Shown piece by piece: positions 1 to 11,378 of a stretch of DNA of 64,000 nucleotides; within the stretch, counting starts at the first letter, position 1; each line of letters starts with the position of its first letter. The notes under the pieces were generated by a model that saw only the letters and a list, made by a program, of their open reading frames with translations, did no database searches and had not been told where the DNA came from. This DNA comes from Azolla caroliniana (lineage: Eukaryota; Plantae; Polypodiophyta), in assembly GCA_043228905.1 (NCBI GenBank), contig JBHGNT010000014.1, positions 7,502,001-7,566,000 on the forward strand. The letters run 5' to 3'. Position numbers and translations under genes: made by a program.

Positions 1-1211
1 TCGCTGGCATCGTGCCAGGACTCCTTGATACCGCCATCCATCTCCTCGGTCTTACATGGGCATACGGGACCGAACACCGAGTTCTCCGGAATCGGGTCCG
101 TGGGCTTTCGTCCGATCCTTCCCCGTATCGTCTCGCTGGTTATTCTTGGCCTTTCACCGCCGCCTTCCTCCACTTGGGACTCACGTGGGCACTCGGGCCC
201 GACTGCCATCATCTCAGGAGCAAGTGTGGGAAGACACAAAGAATCGCCCGTCCGTTTTACGCCCTTGTCCGTAGCCACCGACTCTTCGTGGTCGGCGGTC
301 GTCTTCTTACCGATCGCGCAAGCCCCGCCTGGGCTTACTTCTCCGATTTCCGCGGTTTCGGACTGACACGCCCGAAACTACTGGTCCCAACTATCCGGTT
401 CCGCGATCTGTATCTCGGCCTCGTCCTTGGCCGTTCTATCTCCACAAGTCGAGAGGGCGTTTTGTTTCGCGCCCTCTCCCGTGGTACCGTGGTACCGATC
501 TTCCGCCGTCGCGTGGGGCAAGTCCGTCTCCTCAGTCTCGGCTTGCGGCCTTGATCTTTCCTCTTCCTCGAGCATCGCCTCGAGAGCTGCGTACGCCTCC
601 GCAATCCTGGCCCCAACGCCGACCCTTGCCGGCTCTCTTTGCCGTTCGGCCTCTTCCCGCTGTGATGGCATGCCGTCGCGCGCCTTCCTCTTAGCCTTCT
701 CGGCTCGCTCATTGTCTAGCCGTTGGCACACCCCTCCGACCTTCGACCAGTCCTCCGTAAGCTCATTCGCTCCGTCATCATCTTCGAGCGCAATCCCGAT
801 GGCCTCCCGTTCCGCTCGGTCGATCGACCTGACGAACAATAGGACCTTGTCCGTCCCCACCAAACCTTGTTCCCGCTCCGGGAGCCGAGCAAGCCGTCGC
901 TCGAACTCTCGGAACGCCTTGGTCGAGCCCCGGTGGGTCTTTGCCGATGCTACCCACTGGTCGAAGTCATGTCGTCCCCGGCTCTTCCGCCGTCCTCCGT
1001 ATGCCTTTAGGAGCGCCTCTTCGAAGGCCTCCCACGAACTATGAGCCTCACGGAGCTCCTTTACTTCCGCATGCATCCGGACAACTACAACCCGACAGAA
1101 GAACTCCAGCCTCAATGCCTCGTCTACGCCACGCTCCTCCATATCCGCGTTGTAGGCTACCAAGTAAGATGGGACTTTGTCCCCGTTGAAACGGCCGACT
1201 CTTTCGACCAC
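1..1211 (-). pseudogene. gag of element A with divergent C-terminal extension
   Basis: ORF 378-1211 aligns by eye to gag of E (VGRFNG..YL..Y.A.M; KVLLFVRSID; LTEDWSKV..VC.RLD). The frame stays open past a TAG at 378-380 to the window edge. Confidence 0.7.
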
Positions 1212-2142
1212 TCGCTCAACCGCTTGTTGTTGCTTCTCGCCTCATCACCACTCGTGCCGACTCCAACACCACTTCGGCCACCATCACCGCGAGGTCTTCT
1301 TCTTCCGACTCCATCCTCCCTTGCCGCCTTTCACATCGGGTTCACCAAAGATGTCGCGTTGTTACGCGCGTGCGTGGTGAAAGGCGGGACCACGGGGGTC
1401 TTGGACTAGAGAGTGACAGAGCGTAGGAAGTCGTACTTCACCGTTTCCGGGGCATCCCAGAAGCACACCGGAAGCAAACGAAGAGAGAGAGAGAAAGAGA
1501 GGGAGTGCGCGCTTAACACCGAGTCACGCACACACACGCACGCACACACACACACGCACACACACACAGGCTGACCCGACTCACGCCCTTATGTACAGGA
1601 AACGTAGGAAAGGGGAAGCACTCGACACCAACAGAGACGCGAATATACATAGACAGACGCAAATGTATATATATAAGAGGAAGAATACATTCCCGGCTTC
1701 GAGCCGGACCAAGGTAGGTTACAGTAGTCGTCAACTGCCAAGCCGCCGGTCGGGGGGGAGCTCACGGGCTTGTCGTGCTGAGCGGGGTCTTGCGCAGGAG
1801 AGGAGCTGAAGCAAACCCTAAGCGAACACGAAGGGGGAGAAGAAGAAGAAGAAGAAACGTAGCTAACCCTAAATCTAACGGTATACCCTCTAACGCAAAA
1901 TGGTCAACCCCTTTCACAAAGGGCGCTCCCTTCGTTTTATAGAACAAGCAGAGGGATGCGTTACAATGTGGGATAAATCCCTACTTACATGGGATCGTCT
2001 GTCCCGACTTGACTACTCTTCGGCGCCATAAAGGCGCCCTCGTTATTCACACTAAATGTACACGGGTGATCACACATGCTGCATCCCGCCGATGTAGCCA
2101 ATGTTTCCCGGTTTCCACCTTTGGCCGAAATTCTCCACGACA
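1..2142 (-). mobile_element. Element A: Ty3/gypsy LTR retrotransposon (tRNA-Trp PBS family), 5' part; continues beyond window start
   Basis: 5' LTR 1352-2142 (minus strand TGTCGTGGAGAA...CGCGACA, 791 bp; termini resemble the LTR of intact element E). PBS TGGTGAACCCGATGTGA at 1331-1347. Gag-like ORF follows. Confidence 0.85.
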
Positions 2143-2430
2143 ACAGTACGGCAAGGAAAATATGGCAGAGTGGATTATGGTGGCTGACAACATTGAAGGA
2201 TGCAGTCCGGTACGCTAAAGAATGCGACCTATGTCAGCGAATAGGCCAACTAACCGAACAAGCCAGGAGGCCTCACCAGCTTGTGCTACCGTTAGAACCA
2301 TTTCAGAAATGGGGGTTGGATTTTGTCGGGCGATTCAAACCACCGGCAATGAGAACCGGCAACCGGTACGTGATCGTCACTACGGATTACTGCACAAAAT
2401 GGGTGGAAGCCAAAGCAGTACGCGATAACA
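2143..2430 (+). pseudogene. gypsy integrase fragment (zinc finger + start of core), assigned to element D
   Basis: TARKIWQSGLWW..KDAV.YAKECDLCQ..PLEPFQKWGLDFVG..TDYCTKWVEAKA; closely similar to the integrase of element C. Confidence 0.85.
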
Positions 2431-2434
2431 TCAA

Positions 2435-5300
2435 ACTGTCACCGAACTATGCGTAGTTCGGTCCGCCCATAGTAAGGAAGGAGCTGCGGCCAATTCCCGA
2501 CCTGTCCTCCACATGCATGCACCAACGCCTTTATGATCGGCCCGTGCCCACGTTCTACCTTCCCGTTTCCCTCCGGATTGTACGCCGTAGTGAGGGAGAG
2601 TTTGACCCCTAGCCGGTCGAACAACTCCTCAACTTCCTACGCATCCAGCTCTCCCCGGTCCGCCACGATCTTCCCCATGCACCCGTACCGACACACTACT
2701 TCTTCAATCAGGAACTGGCATACCGCCGCGGTTGTCTTGTTCTGCAGTGCACGACCTTCCACTTGGTTCGTTAAATCTTCTCGCGCAAGCTACTCCCATT
2801 GGCATCGTCACTAAGTCCACCATCCACTTAAAATGGACCGTAGGCGGGTAGGTCGGGTGTAGCTCGTCCCGATGTCGGACTACGGAGTGCATCTGACAGC
2901 TTTCGCAAGTCGTTACGAACCGATGCACATCTCGGTACAGCCCCAGCCACCAGTAGTTCTCCTTCAGCTTCTCGAATGTGGCCCACGTTCCGCGGTGCCC
3001 GGCCCAGGGACTTTCGTGAAATGCCACCAGTAGTTCCTCCTATTCTTCTTTCTTTGCCACTACTCGGAGTGGGATGCCGTTTCTTTTCTTTGGGTGCCTC
3101 CATATGCACCCGTCCCGTAGGAAGAATCGGTACGCCTTCTTCCGTACCCGGCTCGCCTCTTCTCTCATCCACGCTGTGTCCGGCGTCATCGCCTGTAGGA
3201 ACCTCCCGATTTGGAGCCACTCCCCGTCGTACCTGCTTTCGTCAAATTCGTTAAGCGCCTGAGTGTCTACTTTCCTCGTCGTCACGTTAGCCGACCCGAA
3301 GAAGTCCTCGCCGACTTCTTCATCATCCGAAACCATGTTTTCTTCGTTGTTGAACCTCGCTCTCGAAAGCATGTCGGCCATGGCGTTATCCTTTCCGGAG
3401 ATGTGTCGTATCTCCGAGTTCAGGGACTTAATGTACGCTATCCACCGGAGCATTGCTAGGTCCGGCGTCGCGCATCCGGAAACCATGCCGAGTATCGGCA
3501 GGCAGTCCATCTCAATTGTTACTCGGCATGTCGAAACAATACCCCATAGTTCGCACTTGACTTGGGCGTATCCTCACTGCCGCTCGCTCAATACCTTCGC
3601 CCCGAACCGGATCGGGAACCGTGCGCCATCCTCGTCCTCCTGGTTGATCACCCACCCGATCCCGGTTAGGCTCGTGTCCACCGTCAGGTAGATGGGGACT
3701 CCCTTTCCGTAAGCCGCTTTACGGAGAGCTGGTGCTATCGTAAGCGCCTCCTTTAGTCTCCGGACCGACTCCCTGTGCTCTGTCCTCCACTCAAAGCTAC
3801 GCCCCCTTTTCAATAGTTCGTAGAGGGGTTCCGCGACAGGTGCGTAGTGCGGGATCCAGATGTGGTAGAATGCGCATGCACCCAAGAATCTGCGGACCTC
3901 CGTAACGGGCCCGCAATCGTTCCTCATCTCGGAGATGGCCTCTACCTTTGCCGGAGACGGTTTCCTACCGTAAGGCCCGCACAGGTGTCCGACCACCAAG
4001 ATCTCCGATTGCCCGAACGCCGATTTTTCTCCGGAGAAGGTGAGTCGTGCGCTCTCGAGTTTCTGTAGCACCTTCTCGCAGTGGTTGATGTGGTTCACGA
4101 TGAACCTCCGGCATCTGTTTGGCCCGACAGTCTCATCCGCATCTTCCACCGGACACCCCTTTATCGGGATGTTGTCCAAGAATGGCATGGTGATGTCCGG
4201 GATGCAGTTCCTCAACACCTTGTTCATTGCGTTCACCATATGGGCCACCGAATTCGTCCTGCCTTGTGGTAGGGTACACATCCGTACTAGGCCGAGAGGA
4301 GTTCGCATCGTCGTCATATCCCTGCTCTCCACGGCTAGCTGGAACTAATCGTACCCCGAGTATAAGTCACTGATCGAATAGATCGACCTTCCAGCGAAAG
4401 CCTCCGCGAACTCGTCTATGGTCGGTCTAATTCCTGCATTACGGATAGTCACCCTGTGGACCAGTTGCAGGTCCTAAATGAAGCGCAGCGTGCCGTTCTT
4501 CTTTGGCACCGTGAACCACCGATTCGAATATGGGGCACTCGATGGTTCGAGGACGCCCATCTCCACCTTTTGCTTCAGAAGCTCCATCAACTTCGGGATG
4601 TGAGCTCTCGGCACCGGAATCGGTTTGAGATTCCACGGTACATGCGGTACCGTGAAGATCACCATCGGTTCGACGATCGTCGGGTCCACGCACCCGATCT
4701 CCTCCAGCGAGAACGCGAAGGCTTTCCCATGCCTTCTGAGCATTCTCCGAAACCTGTCCACCTCCGCCGGCAGTAGAAAGCCACCCCCACTGACCTTGAG
4801 CTCCCATAGCATTATGTTGGTGAACCGGTGCCCTATGCCAGCCGGATTCCGTAAACTTGGGTCCGACGCGACCCCTTTTATCTGCTCCTCGCTGCCCTCC
4901 GGCAAGGGTGCCGCAACTGGCCTCACCTTCCGGTCCACAACGCGGGCCGTCCGATCCGACCCGATCCTTTCCCCGAAGTCCGCGATGACTTCATACATTC
5001 CCATCGAACTAACTGGAATGGTCCGGTCTTCTCTAAGGTCTTCACCGATCACCTTTCACAACTCGCCCAAGGTGTCGTCAAAAGAGACCGCCTCCACGAC
5101 GCTGCTGATTTCTTCGTCGGGGGAGAGGACTCTGCATCCCCTAAGCCGCTCCTCCGCTCGCTTCCTCTCCCGGCCGCTGACGCCGGCTATAGTACAACCT
5201 CCATTTTCGGAGAACCAAAACTTCCTACCTACTGTACATGTGTGGGGTTCTTCCGGTACGTCCGGACTACCGCGGCCACACGCCTTGATAGCCCTCTCTA
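2435..5300 (-). pseudogene. RT-RNaseH-integrase of element B
   Basis: Fragments HVPWNLKPIPVP, LPQG.TNSV, FLDN(D), RFGAKVLSERQ, HESPWAGHRG, TAYNPEGNGKVERGH are colinear with E pol. Confidence 0.9.
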
Positions 5301-7433
5301 AAAATCCCCTCGGCTATTGCCGCCGAGGGTCTCGCGATTCCTCTCATGGTTCGGACGTACGGTCATGAACTGGACGGAATGCCGACCGTCTTGGCTCTTG
5401 ATGCGCGCGTATGCCGAACCGTTGTTTAGCACTTTCGTCTCCATGCGTGCTGCCGTAATGTATGGTTCGCCGAGAATAACTGGGTGCGAGGATGTTTCCT
5501 ACACAAAGAAATGTTGATCTATCTCGACGTCACCGATCTTTACGCGTACATTCGGGCACGCACCATGGAGCTCCTCCGTAGCACGCGTCGCCGCGCGTAT
5601 CTTCCACCCATGCTTGGTGTTGATCAGCCATTTACCCTTCTTGTAGAAATCCATGGACATCAGGTTGATTTCGGATCCATGGTCTACTAAGGCCACCACC
5701 GGTTCCGGAATGTCGTCGATCCGCACAGGGGTTTCCGTAGTTGCCCTGGCCCAATGCGGCTTCGCGTAGTGGTTTTCCGCCAACTCGTCTTCTAGGGTTG
5801 TGTCTTCTAGGTGCATAGTCCGCACCTCCACCTGCTTCTCCGGTTCCGGCTCTGTCAAGAGCCTCTTCCGCTCCACCAAGTCTACGATGGAGTCGTGGAA
5901 CTCCCTCTTGGCGATTCCCAGCACCTCCGGCAACGACAGATCCACTTTACTGTCGAGGATCCGCTCTTCAAGGACCTTCCGTAGGTTCGTTGCTCTCTCG
6001 ATTTCGGTGCTCAACCGAAACCCCGCCTGCTTCTTCCCATCCGGCGCGCCTGGGTTGTCGGCACTGGTCGGTTTCGGTTTGAACCGGGTCTCGTACCTCT
6101 GCAGGGGACCGACCCCTCCGGCCTTTCCTGCCCATTTGTCTTCCACCAGAACCTCGTAGTTCTGGCAAGCGGCTTCTACGAAGCCCATTTTCTCTTCGAC
6201 CGGATCGCCCCATCCGGTGACCTCCTAGACACGTTGTTCCGCGCGGTCTGCCTCTTCCTTCTTCATCCGAACTCCGGAGAGGCCTTCTAGCACTAGCGGC
6301 TAGAATCCGAGGTCCTTCGCCTTCCGGGTCTCATCACCCCCGACCCGAATTCCCACCGACGATGAGTAGTTAACGGCTTCTACATGCCGTGCCGCGGCCT
6401 CTTCCATCAACCTCTTCATTCCGTTGCGCCCCGTATTCAGTTCTAGGGCTCTCCGGGTCTCGCTCGCGTGCACCCGCCCGTTCTAGAGGTACACCACGTT
6501 GGTCCTGAGTGCGTTGGCGAAATCTGCGCAATCCTTCTGACTGTGACCGATCGCGTCACACCACATGCACCGCTGCCCAGCCGGCGGCCTCCGGTCGCGA
6601 GGTTGTTCACCGCTGTCTCTCCGGGCCTATGCGATCTGCAGGTTGCGCACCATCTGTGTCAGCTCCTCCAGAGCTGCTCGTCCGGATGGGCCTTTGACCA
6701 CGTCGTTCGATGCCGACCCCGACTCCAGCCAAATTCGGGTCTCTTCCTTCCTACCGGATGGCACCGATACCGGCTCCTCGAGCCTCCTCGCCGGGGCCGG
6801 TCCTGACTCCGACAAGCTTTCATCGCTCCACTTGCGCCGTTTGTCCAAACGGCTGCAGACCCGTTTTACCACGGCCTAGCCTGTCGTGAGCCCTTCGTCT
6901 GTCTCCAATAGGGGACCCACCTTTTCCCTGTCGAGCGCGTCCACCGACTTGACAAAAAGTAGTACTCGACTCGTTTCGAGCACGGTCCGGTCCAGCGTCG
7001 ATAGCCGCGCGAATCGGTTTTCGAACTCCTGGAGGAGCACCGATGTGTTCCTCCCTTTTCCAGGGCTTTCCACCCATGCCATGAAGTCCTGCCTCGATAG
7101 CCGAAGTGAGTGATCAAATCCGTACTTCTCGAGGAGCCGCAGCTCGAACTCCTCCCAAGTCCGGCATCCGGCCAACACCTCGAGCACCCCCGCATGGATG
7201 CTCGACGTCACCACCCGAGGGAATCTGGACAACCGCCTATCCACCGGGATATCGCTCATGATCATTTCGGCCCGGTAAGCCTCCAAATAACTTGTGGGAT
7301 TCTTCCCACCGAATCGGCCTATGCTGCCGACGATCGATTCAATGGCTTTGTCGAGGGTACCCGTCCCCTCACGAGCGCTCACCAACCGGTCGACAGCTAC
7401 CGCCATTGCCTCTGCTAGCTCTGATCCCCTCAT
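5298..7433 (-). pseudogene. gag-protease of element B
   Basis: ORF pieces 6876-7433, 6627-6872 and 5499-6188 are colinear with E gag-PR; the frame ends GGG GAT TTT TAG at 5298. Confidence 0.85.
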
Positions 7434-8125
7434 CTTCCAACTCCTTTGCCACCTGTTCACATCGGGTTCACCAATTATGTCGCGAAGTTTGCGTTCGCAT
7501 GTAGGAAGAGGCGGAACCACGGGGGTCTTGGACCAAGGAGACAGTGAGAGAGAGAGAGAGTTGCAGATACACAAATAGAAAATAAGAGCAAGAAACAGGA
7601 ATCCGATTACTATTATCAATAGCTTACAACTCGAACAGTTATAACCGGTAAAGCGGTAATGGACCTGACACAGGGTCCTACTCACGCACACAGACGACAG
7701 GCACTCGACTCGAAGAAACAAAAAGGTAAGGGGGGGGAGAGAGAGAGAGAGAGAGCCTCTGTTGGAAGCACACGGGGCTATCCACGAAGTAGAGGTAGCG
7801 AACTCCCGACACCCGCAAAGAACGATGATCGGAGAAGAGAGAGCTCGACACTCAGTTTTGCAGCAGCACTTCGTCCTTGCCAACGCGCGATACCTTTTCC
7901 TCCTCTCCCTCCTTTAATAGTTCGCCAACGGGAGACCCTCCTTCCCTAGTCAAATCGCTTTATTCCCTGTCCCTTTTGACAGAGATACGCACAAAATCCC
8001 CTAATAAATGTGTACTACCTAGTATTTACATCAGCCGACCTAATTATGAATTATGCACAAAATATCAATTCTCGCGTCCACCCACGTAAGAGCCGGTTCA
8101 TGCGCCTTTTTCTCCAATTCCGCCT

Positions 8126-10893
8126 ATGGCCGGTTTTCTTCACGACAACGGGTTAGAAGGTTTCCTCACAATCATGGAGGCACCACCGCTCCGGGAGGCG
8201 GAGAAGATAGTCAAGGAAATCGACACAGAGCTGATCACTGAGGAGGCCATCCATGCGTTGATTGGTCTTCCGGAAGGGGGCATCTTCATTATCGACAACC
8301 CTACCTCGGAGCCGCTCCGAAAATATTTTGGTGAATACTCCCTGGCCAGCAAGGCCTAACAGACATAGGGTGGCGAAGATCCACTCTTTCGAGAGATTGC
8401 CCGTGTGCTCCATGAATTTGGACATGTATACCCTCGACCCCCGTGCATGCCTCAGAACCGGGCTGGCTTAATCATAACAACATATGAAAGCGTGAAGGTG
8501 GACTGGCTAGTACTAATTGCGGATGGCCTATGTGCAGCCATCGACTCTGTCACAGGCAAGGAGGGTCGGAAGATATGGACGGCAGTGGCGCAATGGCTCA
8601 CCCTATTGGCGCCACCTATCGAGCCCGTCAAGACCACGAAGCGAGGAAGAACAACTGAAGGCACCCCGAAAATGGCCTCGAAATGGCAACAACTGTTGGC
8701 TTCTAAGGCAACCAAAAAGGGAAGGTGGCCGACACGAACCAGGAAGCAAAGGAGCGCGCCAATAGGAAGCGGCAGGCGGAAACACAGGAGGAGCCACCGG
8801 CACGGCCAATCAAGATTAGGCTTCACCGACCGGTTCAACAAGCACTGAACCCCTTGGCAGCGAAAATCAACATCGGGACTCAGGAGGAGGAAGCAGAGGA
8901 GGAACCGTTAGAGCACCTCCAACGGCACCAGAAGGCGAGCACCTCCGAACAGGCCGGTGAGCATTCGGACCCAAAGAAGGATGGAACGCCTGTCCCCCGC
9001 ACTGAGCCGCCCGCACCAAGGATGGAACCGGAACTGGTTCGGACAGAACCAGTCAGAAAGCTCCCTGCACAACAAGCTATACTGGCGGGTCAGGACACGG
9101 CAAGACCCGAAATGCAAGCGCCGGAAGTACAGTTGCCTACGCCATTGACAGGCCAAGAGCATTCAGAGGCGGAGCGGCCAACAAAGCCACAACCAGAACG
9201 GCAAAGTGGTCACCAACAAGAACCAAAGTTGCAGCTGGACGCAACCGGACAAAACCGACCACTGGCCAGCGACACCAACAACCAACCCTCCAGGCAGACG
9301 CAACAACAGGGCACCGGCAGCCAATGGATCCGGTGGATTGGAGAACAGATTGCCGGAGTGGTACAGTACATAGAGGCGGAAGAGAAAGCGCAGGTGGACC
9401 GGTTGCTCATCACAACCAGGGAACTAGAGATGGCTCGGTCAAGGATCCGGAGCTTACAACAAGACTTGGACCTGGCCACAGATGAATTGGCCAAAATGGC
9501 CTTAACCAGACCACTGATCCAAGCACCGGTGACTCCGGTAGATGTACAGAATAAGGAAACACCGGCACCTGTACACAGCAATAAGACCCTGGAGATAGTG
9601 GTGGCGCAAGCAAAAGAGCTTGCTGAATTCAGAGATGAACTGGCCGCATTGGAAGCATTACACACCCGAGAGCAGGACTTGAAGAAAGCGGCAGAAGAAG
9701 AGCAACGGAAGATTGCCGAGAACCTCCGTCGGGCAGAAGAGAATCTACGGAAAGGACATCAGGCCTATGACTGGCTGAAGGAGGAGAAAGAGAAGGCATT
9801 GCAAGAAAAGGAGAAGTTGTGACAGATGGCGGAAACAGAGATCGAAAGAAGAACTCCGTCAACAGAAGGATCGGGAAGACTGCGCTCGCCGACAACTCAA
9901 TCAAAAGCTGAAGCAGAAGACCAATGATTTTGAGCACCTGCACCGGGACTACAAGCACTTGGATACGGAGCACAAGAAACAATAGGAGAAGATGGCAGAG
10001 CTCCGGTAGGAGGTGCATCGAGTTGAGACGGTGCTAGCGGAGGAACGGGCTGAAAGAACCACGCAGTTGGAGGAAGTCGCGCGAGAACGTATGGAGCTCC
10101 ATAAGCAGCATTATGAAGGAAGAGAAGGAAAGAGCGACAATGGTATTGCAAAGGTTGTAGAACACCTATCAAACCCAATTGTCACATTACTGGGAGCAGG
10201 AGGTGGATACGGTGGCCCTGATCAAGCAGTTGAAGGGCGAACGGCAAGCCGCGGAGGACAAATTGAAGATGGGATTGGAGTGGATCCAGTTCATTGTCCA
10301 GGCATGGAGGAACAAGACCAAACGCTTGATTGACGGAAGCTCCGTGCAATGGTGGGACAAATGGGCAAAGCACACACCCGAGCTCCAGTTGCTAAGGGCG
10401 GACGCGGAAAACCGACAGAAGGATGACAACAATTGCTACATGCTAACAAAGGAGGAATTCACCGCCATAAGAGATGAGTTAGCCGAGGATTTTGTAACTC
10501 TGGCGGAGGAACAGTCAGCAGTGGTCTGACGACTTGTAGCATAGCTAGATGATGATCGAGTGGATGCTCAAATCTAGTTTGAAAGCTATGAACGGACCAG
10601 GCTACTGAGAGAAGAAGCAAAGCAGGTGGCGACCGTCAACCTCAGTGATGAGGAGCCATCATCAGAGCAAGGACTGGACGGAGACAAGGCCGGGGGTGAG
10701 TCAATCGGAGTCAAATCCGGCGGAGCAGCTAACGGAGGAATCACCGCCACAACCGCCGGTACCGGGAGCCGAACAGACGCCATCTAAGGAGCAACAGTCG
10801 GAGGAGCCGGAGCCACAACAACAACAACAGAGTTCCGAACAACCATTGGATACCCTGGAGCAGAGTATTCTGGATATCTTGGATGAAGGCTAA
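8126..10893 (+). pseudogene. 3' extra ORF (eORF) of gypsy element D: N-terminal helical domain, Pro/Gln linker, coiled coil, conserved C-terminal domain, acidic tail
   Basis: ORF pieces 8126-8359, 8405-8848, 8725-9822, 10179-10529 and 10645-10893. The N-terminus is homologous to the eORF of C (YFG.YS...KAY; FREIA..L.E.G; V.W...I). The C-terminus is homologous to 35755-36600. Confidence 0.75.
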
Positions 10894-10927
10894 GGGCCGG
10901 ATAGTGGGATTCGACGTACAAGGTACT

Positions 10928-10944
10928 GTCCCACGAGCGTGCCA
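10928..10944 (-). promoter_or_regulatory. tRNA-Arg-type PBS sequence in inverted orientation relative to the eORF of D
   Basis: Minus strand reads TAACA-CA-TGGCACGCTCGTGGGAC; the plus strand GTCCCACGAGCGTGCCA resembles a tRNA 3' end including CCA. Confidence 0.7.
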
Positions 10945-10946
10945 TG

Positions 10947-11324
10947 TGTTACCCGGCCGGCAAAGGAGTTAAAGACCAGATTGTGAAAGGGATTGTTATT
11001 CGGAATCTATTTTAATTAAGTAGATTATAATTATGTAGTGAACGAACGGACCGGAATGGGTATGCCGATCCGGATCCGGACCGGTTCTAAACAGGTGCCA
11101 GTCCGTACCGTTTTGTACACAGCACCGGTGACCTATATAAAGGCCTGGTTACAATGTAAAACTTTAACAGAGAATTAATATAAGCTTCTTGTTTCATCTT
11201 CACGTATTGATTACCATTCTGTAGTAATTGTTTTACCTTACACGTGTATTAAGTGAATGTCGTATTGCTAAGTAGCCAATTAAGTCGGATTAATCATTGT
11301 GTCTTAAGTTATCTCGCCATAACA
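10947..11324 (+). mobile_element. LTR of element D (378 bp), interpreted as 3' LTR
   Basis: TGTTA...TAACA termini; CTATATAAAGG at ~11134 on the plus strand; T-rich U5-like end. An alternative start is TGTTAT at 10994. Confidence 0.7.
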
Positions 11325-11378
11325 CCCCTTTGGTGAAGTGTCTTCCGGAGACACCCTATGTTAGGCCATTGTCCGGCC

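Larger units (their letters stand above)
2431..7990 (-). mobile_element. Element B: degenerate gypsy of the same family as E, truncated at both ends
   Basis: Partial 5' LTR 7478-~7990 shares AAGGGACAGGGAATAAAGC and GGACGAAGTGCTG with the E LTR. Trp PBS at 7457-7473; gag ATG at 7433; protease VDHGSEIN; RT, RH and INT with stops and frameshifts; INT broken at ~2435. Confidence 0.9.

Noticed and set aside
6876-7883. 335-aa ORF with a hydrophobic N-terminus fused to gag
   Set aside because: The N-terminal ~150 aa run through the LTR, (TC)n repeats and PBS of B. True gag starts at MRGSEL (7433), as in E.
10947-11324. This LTR as the 3' LTR of element C
   Set aside because: It follows the PPT of C but has no similarity to the 5' LTR of C (16512-16978), and its TATA faces the other way.
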